64,000 nt of DNA from Trichinella spiralis (taxonomy: Eukaryota): NCBI RefSeq assembly GCF_000181795.1, contig NW_003526943.1, positions 4,553,228 through 4,617,227 of the forward strand, written 5' to 3'. Position 1 is the stretch's first letter. Each line of letters begins with the position of its first letter. The notes under the pieces were generated by a model that saw only the letters and a program-made list of their open reading frames with translations, had not been told where the DNA came from and made no database searches. Positions 13,602 to 27,600 of the stretch are shown here, piece by piece. A program made the translations under genes and the position numbers.

Positions 13602-14499
13602 AACTGAATTATTAATGCAAATTGTTTTTTCATAATTTGCAATCTAATGCTAAGTATTTTATTAATCATTGCTATAATATTCACTTCATATATGTAACGT
13701 AAGTCATGATCATAATTTACAAATATTTTATGCATAATAATGCAAAATAAACTTCTTTTATAAATCACTGAATGCAACACTGCATAAATTGTTTCAATAA
13801 ATCCTCATCATGAATATCACGAATTATTGATAAAACATTACAATTATTTAAATAATAGCAGTCCAGTCATTATTAAAGTTCATTTTTCGAACATATCGAA
13901 ATTCAGTTTGTTATTTTTTAGGGAGTGGAAAAGTTTTCTGTGTCTCACTTCTGTTATATGCATATGATATTTAATACGCAAGGGAATTGATATTTTTGAA
14001 CAGAAAATTTTCAAGTAGTACATTTAATTGTTTCTTTTAGTTATTTTTCCACTGATTTTTGAATTGCAGTTCAGTTCAGCATTTGAAATTTCCCTTGCAT
14101 GTTTTAGCATGCATTTAACAAATAAATAACATATACAAGATCAAATATATGATATTTGAAAGAAAACTTTTACCACATATTCACAGTCTTAATTTTATTA
14201 TGAGTGCAGAAATAATAATTAATAACAAACTAAGCAATTCATTCAAGACAAAGCAAAAGCTTTTGATTAAATTATTGTATTTATAAGTGAAATTTATGAT
14301 AATGCAAAATGGAAGCGCTAAATACAGACTTGCGTGATGAATTTGTTTACTGAATAACTAATGAACATATCTAAGTCGTTTGTTTCATTTTCATAACATG
14401 GCAATGATATGAAATGCAGTGATGAATAATGTTGATTTCCCAATATAGGACGTCTATCTGCTAGCAGTCTATATGCTCTAAATGACTGCAAAAAAATCG

Positions 14500-15495
14500 T
14501 TAGCTTGTGATTGCTTTTGACGCTTCCATTTCATCAGAACTAACCATTGGTTGAGTATTTATGTTTTTACCCATAATGGTAACTTTTTGCCACCAGCAAA
14601 TCATTTTTAACATTTCTTTTCGCAGAAGGCTATTAAAAATTATGTAAACAGTTGGATTCATGCAGTTATTAAGAAAGAACAAACTAGTGCAAACAAAGTA
14701 GATCCACTTTGACACAGAGATACGAGGTAGCCACTGCCAAGTTACAAAAGTAATCAAGAAAACCAGAGATACGAAAAAAAATTGGACAAAAAGCCTCATT
14801 TCTCTGTTACTTGGCTGAATTCGACGAGGTGTGGCTGTCATGTACTGACGAGTGGTTTGATGACTTCGTCGCACTTTGATCAAAATAGCACCATAGCAGA
14901 TGCTCATGGTGAGCAAGCTTAAACTATTAACCAAAACATCCACAAGAAAGTACATTGTATCTTCTGTCACATACATAGTTACATATAAATAATGATGATA
15001 AATTGTGTAACAACAAGGCAACAAAGCTGGAATGGAAACACCAAGACCGAGTAAATAGCAGAATGCCAATACCAGCACAGTATTTTGTTTAGAAAAAACT
15101 CTTTTGTATGTCATTGGATAAATAATGCTAACAAATCTATTAATTGCCATGGCAGCCAACTGAACAACCCCTGAATACCAGAAAACATTATAAATGAACA
15201 TTCCTATGATATTGCGGAAATTTGCAATTTCCATAAATTTCTGATGCCATAGTGTTGCCGGAATAACATGCAGAAGGCACACAAAAAGCATGACAATATC
15301 ACAAACAGCCAGGCTTGCCATTATCCAATAGGAAGCGCTGTGACGTATTGCACGATGACGAGTGATGGCTAACAGTACCATTAAATTTGTTACTATTCCA
15401 TATACACTGGCTATGGCCCAAATAGTTACAACCAGACTGTCACCAAAAGTGTCTGATTTTAAATCAGCTTCACTTTCTTTAGTCATATTATCCAT
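14500..15495 (-). CDS. Srx-like serpentine 7TM receptor, single exon, 331 aa
   Basis: Seven TM segments. Motifs SLAVCD, MAINRFVSIIYP, REMRLFVQF and NNCMNPTVYIIFN are typical of nematode Srx/Srsx-type receptors. Confidence 0.85.
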   Translation of the reverse strand: MDNMTKESEADLKSDTFGDSLVVTIWAIASVYGIVTNLMVLLAITRHRAIRHSASYWIMASLAVCDIVMLFVCLLHVIPATLWHQKFMEIANFRNIIGMFIYNVFWYSGVVQLAAMAINRFVSIIYPMTYKRVFSKQNTVLVLAFCYLLGLGVSIPALLPCCYTIYHHYLYVTMYVTEDTMYFLVDVLVNSLSLLTMSICYGAILIKVRRSHQTTRQYMTATPRRIQPSNREMRLFVQFFFVSLVFLITFVTWQWLPRISVSKWIYFVCTSLFFLNNCMNPTVYIIFNSLLRKEMLKMICWWQKVTIMGKNINTQPMVSSDEMEASKAITS

Positions 15496-17235
15496 TGTTG
15501 CAGTGCAAATTTGTAATGTTGATCAGAAAAACTAAATAAAAGATATAAGAGCATATTCATTGTAACATTATTCTATCAGTTTTACAGATAAATTGAAATT
15601 CAATAAAAATGATCCATGAAAGGTTAAGTGTCATATTTTGATTTTGAATGTAAGCAATAAACAAGTAATGATAGTAATGAGAAATGACTATAAAATTTCT
15701 TTTTTACAGCATACTATGTTGTTGTAGTATAGTATTTACATTCATATAATAATAGTTTGAAAACTGTTAGATGTATTATTGCATAGCTTTCCCATTATAT
15801 GAATTTAATTGTGAGATTTCTTATAAAATCATAACAACTGATATTTGTGACATTATTTATAAAATATAAATGCTTAGTTCGTCGCAGATGGTCGGTCATT
15901 CATTAAATTATCTCATCAATTTACAGATTACTATTATTTGTTATATTGGTAAGCTTATGTAACAGCCAAATTATTGCTGAAATATTGAAATATGAATTTT
16001 GTACAGACACACAATTTTGTTGAAGTATACACATGATCTAGCTTAATAGATGCAATTAATACAATGTTTCCAGAAATGCAAACTTATACTTAACTGATAA
16101 TAGTCAATTTTAAAAAAATCAAAGCAATAAGCTCAACATTTTTTACAAATAAAAATGATCTAAAACCTGAAGCAAGCAGTTCAATATTTGGTTGTAAGAA
16201 TGGTGATGAAGTTTCAACGTTCATAGCAATTTTAGTAAAGTTAAAATGTTTATTCCCAAACAAACGCAAGCTGTGCTTTTCATGATTTACGATCAAAAAT
16301 GAAACCGATGAATTCAATCTTAAACTGATAAAGTCTGTGATAAATTTAACTAGTTATCACATTTGCTTTCTCTACATTGTTTCATTTTGAGCTTTATGGA
16401 AACTTAATGATACATTTAAGGGAAGGAATATTAATTTATTTATAAATGTGATTATTGATATGAGATGGAGATTAAAAGTAGCATTATCATTTATTGAACA
16501 GTTGGTTGATTTTTATCAAAGGCAAAATTTGAATTTACATATATATTGCTAAAATGATTTAAAGCAAAGAATTGCATTGATTACAACATGATCAGCTTGA
16601 TTTATTTCAGTATCGGTGAAAATAGTGAAACACTTCAACAAAATGTCATTAAACATTTTGCACTAAACAACTGTAACATGTTGTGCATTTAAAATTTCAC
16701 TATTTTACTTTTACGTTAAAAAACTATTTATAAAAACATATATGACGATACAAATCAAGAAAAGTAAAATAGCAATAAATGTAAAACTGTTTCGAATATT
16801 ACGTCATTTTGTTTTTCTATATCACAAACTGTGACAAGTAGTTAACAATTTAAATAATAATTCGTGTTACATGAATACAATCCGAATTTGAATTATATTT
16901 GTAATATTTGCTTATCATTAGTCAGCGTTAGACATGCTTACAAATTGAATGTATTAATGATGGATAAAAATTTGCAAAAATGAGAAATTCAGAAAGCTGA
17001 TAGCTATATAAATTATGTTGTGATGCAAAGTAAAAAATATCAAAACAACAAACATGCTAATGATCCATCATTATAAAGAGACACATCAGGCAAAGCATGA
17101 TGTATAAATCAAAGCAGTATTTAATTTGAGATACGAATGGTTGTCATTTAATTCAAGCAATTTTAGGTTATTAATTAATTTTGCTTTAAGACAGTTTATG
17201 AAATATAATTCAAACATGCTCCAGAAGATTTTTAA

Positions 17236-18627
17236 CCCTTTCAGACCAGCAATTTTTTCTGTGAAGCAAAATTTTTTTTAATATGCGTTTTAAACATGTT
17301 ATGGTGTGTTTATGAAAATTCTAATAGGATTTATTGTTTGAATAATATTATTGCCATTTTTAGAGCTGTATCAAAATTGATACACTGGGCCTCAAAGGAG
17401 TACACGTTTCTATAACTAATTGTGCATACGCTTATTGTTCTTATGTACGCAATCATGCAGTAATTGGCAGGCAAATATTAATTCAGTTATGAAATTCTGT
17501 AAAGCAGTTTCTGTTGCTACTTAGGCATAGGTAAATACTGCATTTTTTGCACAGACACGTCGCTAATTTAGAACACAGTCTGCATCTTCTTCGCGTTTGA
17601 GTGATTTCTGGCCAATGGCTAGTTTGGTCCTTTGCTACTTCTCTTGAGACGTCAGTTGGTCGTCTTCCCAATCGTCTTGACGTCAGGGCTGGCGTTGGAG
17701 AAGGCGCACGAGAATGGCTTCTAGAAGTTGCAATAGGCTTGTTCACAAGACACAAGGATTGACTAACTTGGCAAGTGAAGCTTAGTAGGTCCAGTGTGCC
17801 TGTGCATGGTCCAGGCATCTCTTTTCTGTCCCTCTTATACAGTTGCCATGCATTTGTCATGGCAGTGCTGATGATCCAAAAGAAAATGCGACGGGTCCAT
17901 TTTCGACTTTTGTGTTCGATGCGGTATAGAGCAGCAAGCATGTTGTTCAGGTCTATACCACCCATATTCATGTTGTAATTTTTTTAAATGTTTGGGATTC
18001 CAACGTTTAATTATTGACAGGTGCATGGGGCAGCAACTACCAAATTACAGCAACTACTAGACGTGTAGTGAGGACGCGATCTCAGTAATAAATATGAGCG
18101 ATGGTGCAAAACTTTTAGAAATGTCATTGATTGCATCTGACAATAATTCATTAGACATCCTAAATGATTTTTCTCAGAAAAGTAATACGGGGTTGGGCAA
18201 GCGAATCTGAGTACGCTGAGGGTAGTAAACATGATGCGCAGTTTCCGTTAAAGCCCAGTGTATCAAAATTGATACAGGTATTCTAAGGAACTCTACTCAG
18301 CACCCCAAAAACTTTAGAGGCTGCAGTTAATTTTAACATCATTTTCACATCAGCATCTACTAGTAAAAAAATTATTATCCTTAAATTCTGCTCAGTTCTC
18401 AATTTATACATCAAAATGCAAATTCATGTTTTTTCGTCTCACCTACCTGTACAGTAGGGCGCATTATAAAAAATCTACTAAGATGAGAAAAAAAATGGCA
18501 ATAAAATATTGTTAAGACAAATGTCAAAAATACATAAACACAAGCATGGCTAACAAAAACATTTCAGTAAATAGCTATGGGGCATAAAACATTATGTATC
18601 AAAATTGATACGGTGGGCCTGAAAGGG
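17236..18627 (-). mobile_element. Internally deleted piggyBac element, 1392 bp
   Basis: TTAA on both sides (17232-17235, 18628-18631). TIRs are CCCTTTCAGACC and GGCCTGAAAGGG (11/12 match). Contains a transposase C-terminal fragment. Confidence 0.93.
17483..18020 (-). pseudogene. piggyBac transposase C-terminal fragment
   Basis: YNMNMGGIDL...YRIEHKSRKWTRRIFFW...NAWQLY plus the C-terminal Cys-rich domain CRLC...CKKCSIYLC...CF. The upstream IKRWNPK motif is in another frame, and most of the DDD core is missing. Confidence 0.9.
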
Positions 18628-21600
18628 TTAAACACAACAAATCATGGAATATAATCATGTTTATTATTAAAATAGTCACCTCTGAAGCACGGTTATTCAA
18701 GTTATCATTTTATTGTAGCTTACCCAACTAAAAGTATTGCTGCATACTTAAATTTGATACAATTTGAAATGGATTTCAAAAATGTATGTGTAGCAAGAAT
18801 GTTAAAGAGTAGAGAAGATTCTGTTTTGTATTTTATGGCGAAATTATTTAATAGCAGTAATAAGCCCGTTTTTTAAACAAATAGTAAAATGAAGATATAA
18901 ATTATTACCAAGAATTTTATTTTGAACAACAACATGCATATAATGTTTTATAATAGTTGTGTTGTTAACCAACCATTAACCAATGATTTCATTTAGTCTG
19001 ATCTATTGAGGGATGCTGACAAAGAATGAATACAGTTTGTATGCTTGTTTTGAGAAAGATTTTAAAAAACTGTTACAAAAATTAATGAAAAATTTTATTC
19101 ACCTTACTGAAATATGATTACTGGAAAATGGACAAAAAGAATACATTGGAAGAATGATTGTCACATAATTATTATCAAATGTGATTACAACAAGCATATA
19201 TAATGTACATAAGGCTTCTGCCTAAGAAGGAACTGCATTAATGTGTCAATAATTAAAATTCGTCTGATTTAATGATTTAATTCATTTCTCCAGCAAAATC
19301 AACAACAGCAAATTAATCTGCAGAACTTCATTATGCAGCTGTGAAGAGAAAAGTGAACGGTGTTATTTATTATTTGTGCACTGCTGAACCCGCATCTGCG
19401 GAAAGACACATGATTGCAGAAAGCAGGCGGTGGCTTCTTTTCATCGATGAACAAGCAGCTACTTTTGCAATTTTGAGGTCTTTGAATGTGTGATATGCAA
19501 ATAAAGCTTTTGCATGAACTAATTTCAACTGAACGCTTATTTTTTATATTTTTTTATTTTATAACAAACAAAAGTAGAAAGGTTACGCATCAAATTTTGA
19601 AGAAGAGCTTCCTGTTTCAATAGATTTTTGAACACTTATTGACGTTATAACCCTTTTAACGCTTATTAAAGAAACAGTTTATGTTATTTTATATACAGCT
19701 TTCTCCTTACAAGCAAAGCCTAGCTGTCAATAAAATTCACATTATATAACTTTATTTTTTAAACTCAGACTAGTAAAAATCCTTATATATCCATTTCCCT
19801 ATTTATTGGAAAAACCAAGCAACTAGAGAAGTTGAATTTTACTGAAAATTTTAATATCAGTAGTATAATTAGAATCAATAATTAAATTTAAATTATAACT
19901 TGTAACAGATGTTAAGTGATTAATTAATGTTTTTCATTACAATTTAAGAAAACGTCAGTCGTCAAACTGAAAATACAAGTAGCAATGCAAAACAAAAACT
20001 GTTCTACAAAGTTATTTTCTGCCCTTGCCATCATCAAAAAATTGCATAATAAAATAATAGCGTATGAATTAATGTATGATTTTTTATATTCTTATTTTTT
20101 GTATGTGTACATGCATGTGCAAGACGCAAAAAATTTGCTAAATTTGCATTTATTTAAATGAAAACTGAAATAACAGTAGATTAACATTGCAACGAGCAGG
20201 CTAGGATGCAAGATATGGAATACTTAGCCGGATTTATTATAAATTAATTATGTGGTGAAGAATATGTAAACATTTTATTTTAAAATTTCAAATTCCAACA
20301 AAGTGGGATAGATAGCAGCTGTTGTGTCGCATTAAGAAATGCTGCACTAGATGTATGAATGTTACAGTGTATATAAATTGACAATTTTTTTTATTTATTC
20401 ATTATAATTATTATTAATCGGATATTTATCTATCAGTATATTATTCAATTTATTGCCGAAAATTGAAAACAATATGCATCAAAAGTGAGAACCACATAAA
20501 TATGCTTGATAGCTGTATTGTGTTTTCTCCTATTACTTTTTGTGGAGCAAATTATTCATTTGATTTTGATTTCCATGATACTGCGATTTTCGATTTTTTG
20601 AGCCATTTACATACAGTTGATAATCAATAAATTGAAGTGCGCTAACTTCTCGAGCACCATTTCTCGAGAGTAAAATAAATCAAAATCTGATGAAACTGTC
20701 CAGAATGACACCAAAAAAACCTATGAAAACATTTTTGTTCTTGGTATTATCAGTTATTTTTTTGATATTAAAAAAATGACTTCCTGCTTTGAATAATGCC
20801 ATTTGTTAATTGCAAATTGTGAATACTGTGGGGTGAGAGTTTAGGCTACTGCTACTTTTTCCAAATGATCACTCAATTTTAATTTTATTATTCACAGTTA
20901 GAGTAGTATCTTTTAGCTTATTTAAAATATAAATCATCGCTTTTACAGTTTCAAAATTAAACAAATATAAAATAATGCAGATTAAAAACAGGATTAAATT
21001 AAATAAAGTTCGAGCTTCAGTTTTAATATTATTAATATTATGCAACATCATAACAAATGTAAATGCATAACAAAATATCATTAAATTGTAGCATGCTGAA
21101 TTTAAAAATAAGAAGTAAAATGGCACTTATTGGAAAGCATTTTTCTTTCATAGTTCATACTGCAAAAGGTAATGTACAATGCTTTTCAAATCGAGAAACA
21201 AGGAATTTGAAATGAAACATTCATTGGACTGCACCTGTAAATTTTTAAATATTTTCTATTATAAAATTGAATTGAGTGTTTTTAATGATAATTTGAAATA
21301 CAAATAGAATAAAGATAATCATGCATAATTTGAAGAGCACTTTTTTGATATTATAAAATTTATATGTTAAGGAGTTGAAGCTCCTGTGATATCTGTAAAA
21401 TGACCTTCAAAAGTTTCCATTTTTATATATTGTGTTCTACGGTTTTACGTACATGTATTTCAAAAATTTGTAAGAGCAAAACTAATTGAAATAACGTGCA
21501 CTATATATATATATAATGCAAGTGCTCTATGCATGACCCCATGAATTCATTTCTTCATTTTAAGCACATATGACAAATAATTATATGATATTAAATAATG

Positions 21601-24600
21601 CTTCAAAAAATCAAACAAAAAAGTGAATTTTTTTCAACTGTTTACTGCCCGAATTATATTTAAGTAATAAAAATATCAGTTGCAATTTAACATGCCAAAT
21701 TAAATTACTTTTCATAAACAGTGACATAAATTTCTTTTATTTGCTTACACATTGCTATTTTAGTAATGTGTATAGTTGAAGCAAAAAAAAATATATACAT
21801 ATGTTTGGAGTAACAAAAAAAGTCGATGCAGAAATGAATAAAAGTAACACATGCCCAAGTGAAGTTTTCTAAGGATATCATTTCAATATTTTTTGCTTGA
21901 TTTTTTTCCTTAGAGTAATTTGAAATCAGGTGCTTTTTCTTATATTTATAGAACAGCAATGCTAAAATTTTCATCATAACGACTATCAACGTGTTTAAAC
22001 TACTGAACTTTTAATGTGCCTTTAAAACTGCTTGATAAATAAAGAAATTTGCATTGCAAACAAAATGCAAAGAACAGAAAACAAAAAAGTAAAAAAAGAT
22101 AAACAAAGTGAAACAAAACTGATTCAAAAACAACAGAATTTTTTTGTTAAATATTATAAAATAAAACAATCAATGAATATCACTTGTTTCAGAATTTAAT
22201 CAAGCTTCATAGTGAGATTTTAATGTTTGTCATTTTTCAGTACAAAGAAAAGCAGTTAGTACGGCTATGCTTCATATCGTGATAAATAAATATACAATTT
22301 GTATTTATATATACTTTTTTAAATAGACAACTGCATAAATTCTTTTCAAATGAGTTACCTTAGTCATGAGAAGTGAAAGCCATGATTCAGGGAAGATGAA
22401 GGCAATTGCAAAATGGAAATGTACTTAAAAGTGGAAAAAATTTGTAAAATGATTAAAAGCTCGACAATGGCGTTCAACGTTGAAAAATATACTCAACCAA
22501 GAAACAAAACAACCAATAAAAACTTGCTAACGATTACTGATTTGGACGAATCTTTTCACGGATTCATACTATTCATTATTTTTCATTATATATTTTTCTG
22601 CAATCGATTGCAACCTTCATTTCTCGAAACAAGGCGGATATATTCAAATGCGTATTGCATTTCAGAAATAAAATTGCTTAATAATTAATAAATGCTTTTC
22701 GCATGCTGTTGTTTGTACTGTTTTTTTTACAATTCAACATTTAATACAGAACTCAATTTGTGAGCTATGTGATCACACACACACACGCATACAAAATAGA
22801 TGGATATATATACTTTGGGTTAGTTTGTTAGTCAATATGAATAATATTAAAACACATATCGCAGTATTTCACTTTCCAAAGGTTGACTAATCTAATTCAA
22901 TAATTACGTAAATAAAATCGAATTGATAGATTGATGCGCGATTTTGGTGAGCAAAAGTATTTCGAAAAATCAATCTTTGAAATGATATCCAAACGAGCAT
23001 TGAACTCAAGTTGACCAAAGGGTCGACTTCAGTTTCCATCAGAAAACAGATTGCAAAATTGCACAAAATTTGGACTGAAAGCAAAACTGAAAATAATTGT
23101 GTTCTGATAGAACTGTTTTCTAATAGGAATTTTCAAATGCAAAATTTAAATAAACACAAACAAGTACATTATAATCTGCATGATTTTCAAAATTTCGAAT
23201 ATGCATTAATTGTCCGAAGATTATGAGGTGTGCTTAAATTATTTGCAATTCAAGTAATTCTTTATACAAATATTATTGGTAAATGGTTTAATGTAAGCAA
23301 ATAATCAACAACAACATATATATTAGAGGGAGAAGGAGAGGGAGATGGGGAACTTAAAATCATAATTTGTCATTGTTGGTAAAAAAATTGGATTAAAAAC
23401 AAGAAACAATTTCAGAACAACAACATTCCAATAAGTTTAATCGACGTTTTTCATCCGGACACAATTTATCAGTTTTTAATGATCGACAGATAGCCAACTC
23501 CCCAGAAACTTGGTGCATAATTAGATCGTCAGAATGAAAATAATCAATCTTAAACTTAAGTGTCCATTTAGTGAATCTTTCTTCCTGACAATCCGCTTGA
23601 AAAGCTCATCTTTTTTAGCTGCACAACGCTCGCACTGCCCCACTGAGAATTAGCGCACGTTTGAAATTTAGATATGCCGATTATCACCTGCAGACATTCG
23701 TTAAGTACTCTCATTCATTTTTATGCCGGTAAAATTAGAAAACAGGAGACGCATCTTTTGACTAGTGCAATCGCTCTGCCACTGTTAAGTGCCATTAATT
23801 CGACGTTTATAAAAATGCATAACATGACAGCAGTACAAATTAAGCGAATTACTTCACAAATCAAATCCATCAATCTTAAAAAGCACAATTTCCATTCATC
23901 ATTAAACAATGCTATTTCATTGCATCTCCTTGTCTGCTCCATTGTTGTTTGTTGCTCATCTGCTTATGATTTTTTCTTTTCCTTTTTTTTGAAATGAAAT
24001 ATTTTTCAAAAATATATTTAAAATTTCATGATTTTATGGCAAATGGCATTTTGAATACAACTGAAAATAAATTATTCAAAATACTGTCATTTTTATATAT
24101 AATGATTCAAAATATATGCTATAGGCATGTTCAAAACACTATATCACATTTTTGAAAAAAATTACATCAAACAAATGAATTTCATATTTTTGAAAGCAAA
24201 AAATGATTTTCTGCTAAAATAATTTTTCTACTTAAGTAAATTTATTCAAATTAATTACAATAATATGATTTTTCAATTGATGCAGATATAAATGAATTTT
24301 TTTAATTGCATTGCAACCATTGCTTTTATGCTTGTTGATGTTTTAAATTTCAAGTTGTAATTTAAAAAAAATTTACAGTGCAATAATTAAATTTTAAAAA
24401 TATTATCATATAAGAAATGTTTCCTTGTATCACATTACTGTTTAAATTCTTCATTTTAAATCAAGAAATTTGATTTTCAGATTTTCATTTTCTAAAATCT
24501 ATTATATTTTTTAATGTTTAACAATTAAAAAATTTTCATTTCCATCTACCATTCATTACTTTGCACATATTTAAGCACATCTGAATAAATTCTTATTTTC

Positions 24601-27600
24601 TTGAAATATATGTATATATACATATTATTGTAGTTTACTGTCTTATATTATTGAACAAATAGGCTTAGAAATTTTACAGCCTTATACATTTAAATATTTT
24701 AATAATATTATAAATTTCATTAATTAAAAAGTTGTCATCTGCACAGATTTCATCTCAATAACGTCATGTATTTCATATTATTTCAAATCAATCATTTCAG
24801 TGTAATATATATTTTAAAATTACCTTTTAAAACTATTGCACAACTTTTCATTTATGCATGCACAGCTATATGTTGTGATATATTATTAATATTAATAAAT
24901 AAGTGATTAATAGCAAAAAAATTTTATTAAACTTGAGTAATATCTTATGAGATATTTTTTATTTATTGGTGATAAAACTGCAAGAAAATGAGAAATAAAG
25001 AAAATTTTTAAAAAGATTATCGACTTGTAACATTGTAAAGCCTTAACATTAAACTTTAAAACAACAGCATATTATATTAATTTATTGAATTTACAGGGAA
25101 GAGAAAATAACTGCCGAAGTTAGTTAATCACGGCTATATTGAATACAAAGTGTGCTGCAGAATAATCTTTTTGTATCAGATAAAAAAAGAGGAGATTGAT
25201 AAGAAATAATGTTCAATTAAATATGAAATAAAAAAGGGAAGTTTTCCATCTGATTAAATGATGATTGAAAATTAACCAACCATAAAACAGATACAAATGT
25301 ACACCTAGATAATTTAGCAGACGGAAAATGAAATTAATTGCAGTAAATAACACATATGACACCAAAGTAATTCAATTTAAACGACTGTCATTATTGAGAA
25401 CATTTTTATTTCTTATTCTGTCACTACCATTGCTCTATTGCTTCTTATTTTTAATCATTCAGCTCAAAATGTAAAGGTAACTTGCCGTACGCATTGAAAA
25501 ACTAAATTTATTATTTTTTTAAAAATCTCCTGGTAATATGTTTATTTGATTTAAAATTCTTTTTTTAATTTTTGAATAATTCACAATAATAACGTTATTA
25601 TTATTATTATTATTATTGAAAATTCACACGTTTTCTTTCATAAAAAAATCATGCTTCTTGATGCTCGTTATACTTCTTTTAATAATTATATTTTAATATT
25701 TCCGTTTAGCTGAAATAAAAAGTCGTTGATGTTCTTCAGATTAAGGTTACATGAAATATAAATTGTTATGCGCATTATTATTTTCTGTATTCGCATTATC
25801 CATTATATAATCTTAACGCGCTACTAATACAATTGATTTTCTGAACAAAAGATATATGAAAATTTAAATTCACTGTAAAACCTACCTAAATAAGGTTTGC
25901 AAATTGAATCTGAATTTTTTCTACATTTGATTTAATATTAGAAAAAAATTATTAATATTTTCTATTTATACATGTTTACCATGCTTCAAACGTACAGCAG
26001 TACATTTAAAACGTAGAATCTTTTTTAATAGAAGAAAAAAATCCAATTAACATGCAATAAAATGGAAACATTTACATTACTTGCTTTGATTAATAGATTG
26101 AAATTAGACTATGAACTTCGAAAATAAAGAAAACATTGTTGATTCACAGCAAACAACATTCAGTTTAAGAGACAGTTTTATGCATTCAATTCATGCAATA
26201 ATAAATCCACAAAATATATATAAAATAATTAATAACAGACCAATAATAAAAGCAATCAATGGAATAGTATATAAATGTTTAGAATAGCATCGAAAAAGCT
26301 ATCAATTTATAAAAGATTTCATTTCATTAAAGTCTACTTTTTCGGATTTAGTAGAATTTCGTAATGCAACAATGTTTAAGTTAAATAGCATTTTAAAAGT
26401 TTAGAATCAAAATAATCAAAGTGTAAGAAAATGCTAAACTTTAACTGTTTTTGTTTTTTTCAGATACACAAAATAAAGTTAATGATTTTTCATGAGTTTG
26501 CATTTTCCTTAAAATTATTTTTGTTTCAAAATCAAGCTGCAATGAGTGGAAAAATTATGAACACCAAAGCAAAATAATTTGTGAAGAAAAACTTTAAATT
26601 CTCAATTTAAGCTGATAAAAATAAAAATATATCTTAATTTTTAATTCATTTTTAAGATCTGTAAAGTTTTTTCCCTTGAAATCTTTAGGCAAATTTTATT
26701 TCTTTTAATGTTGCGCCTCCGAAAAATAGCAAATTATGATAGATTATTAAATTAGTATCAGGTACACCAACGAATTAGATTTTTTATTTTCATTTTTAAG
26801 CTGTCCGTCTCATAGATGACAAGCAGATGGGCATAAATTTAAGCTTTACACATTTTGCTAATGGTGTGATTAGCAATAAAAATAGTGACAGTAATAAAAA
26901 GAAAAGGAATGTTTCATAAATACCCGTCAATTTTGATGGTTTAACAAAATAACATTAAATAAAATTTTAGCAACATTTACTACTGGCTTTTAATTACCCA
27001 ATAAAAGCATATTTCTAATTTTAACTTAATTCCAACTTCAAAAGTATCATTTACAAAGTAAAAATTCTTCTTGACAAAATGAATCTTTATTTATACTTCA
27101 CTATTCTTACGTTAACTTGGGCGTGTGATCTATATTGACATCTATACTATTGACGTCACTGACTTCAGTGTTGCGTATTCAAGAAATCTTTGATGTTACA
27201 AGTAAGATAAGAAGTCTGATTGGCATGATTGAAAAGTGAAGTAGGAGATTGATAATTAAAAAAAACTTTTAAATCACATTTAATCCGAAATAAGTATTTC
27301 ATTTTTATTCATCAAACATGAAATTTGTCGACAAAGATAATACAAGAGATTAAGCATTGCACTGCACTGCACAAATTCTTGCAACTGCTCCACTGCGATG
27401 CCAAACTGCGTTTTGCTCTGCTGTAACTTAAAATAATCAATGCTTTACTATAAGCTGAATAAAATGAAATGTGATCTTTTTAATAAAAAAAGTTGTAAAT
27501 GAAGAAACCCTAGCTAGTCACCCATGAAATAAGCGAAATGAGCAGCAACTGAAAACCACAAAGATGCATAAGGCAAATTTGATTTTTTTTCAGTTGCTGG

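Noticed and set aside
25381..26930. Weak inverted similarity between ~25381-25476 and ~26845-26930
   Set aside because: AT-rich and gapped, with no TSD or defined termini, so it could be chance.
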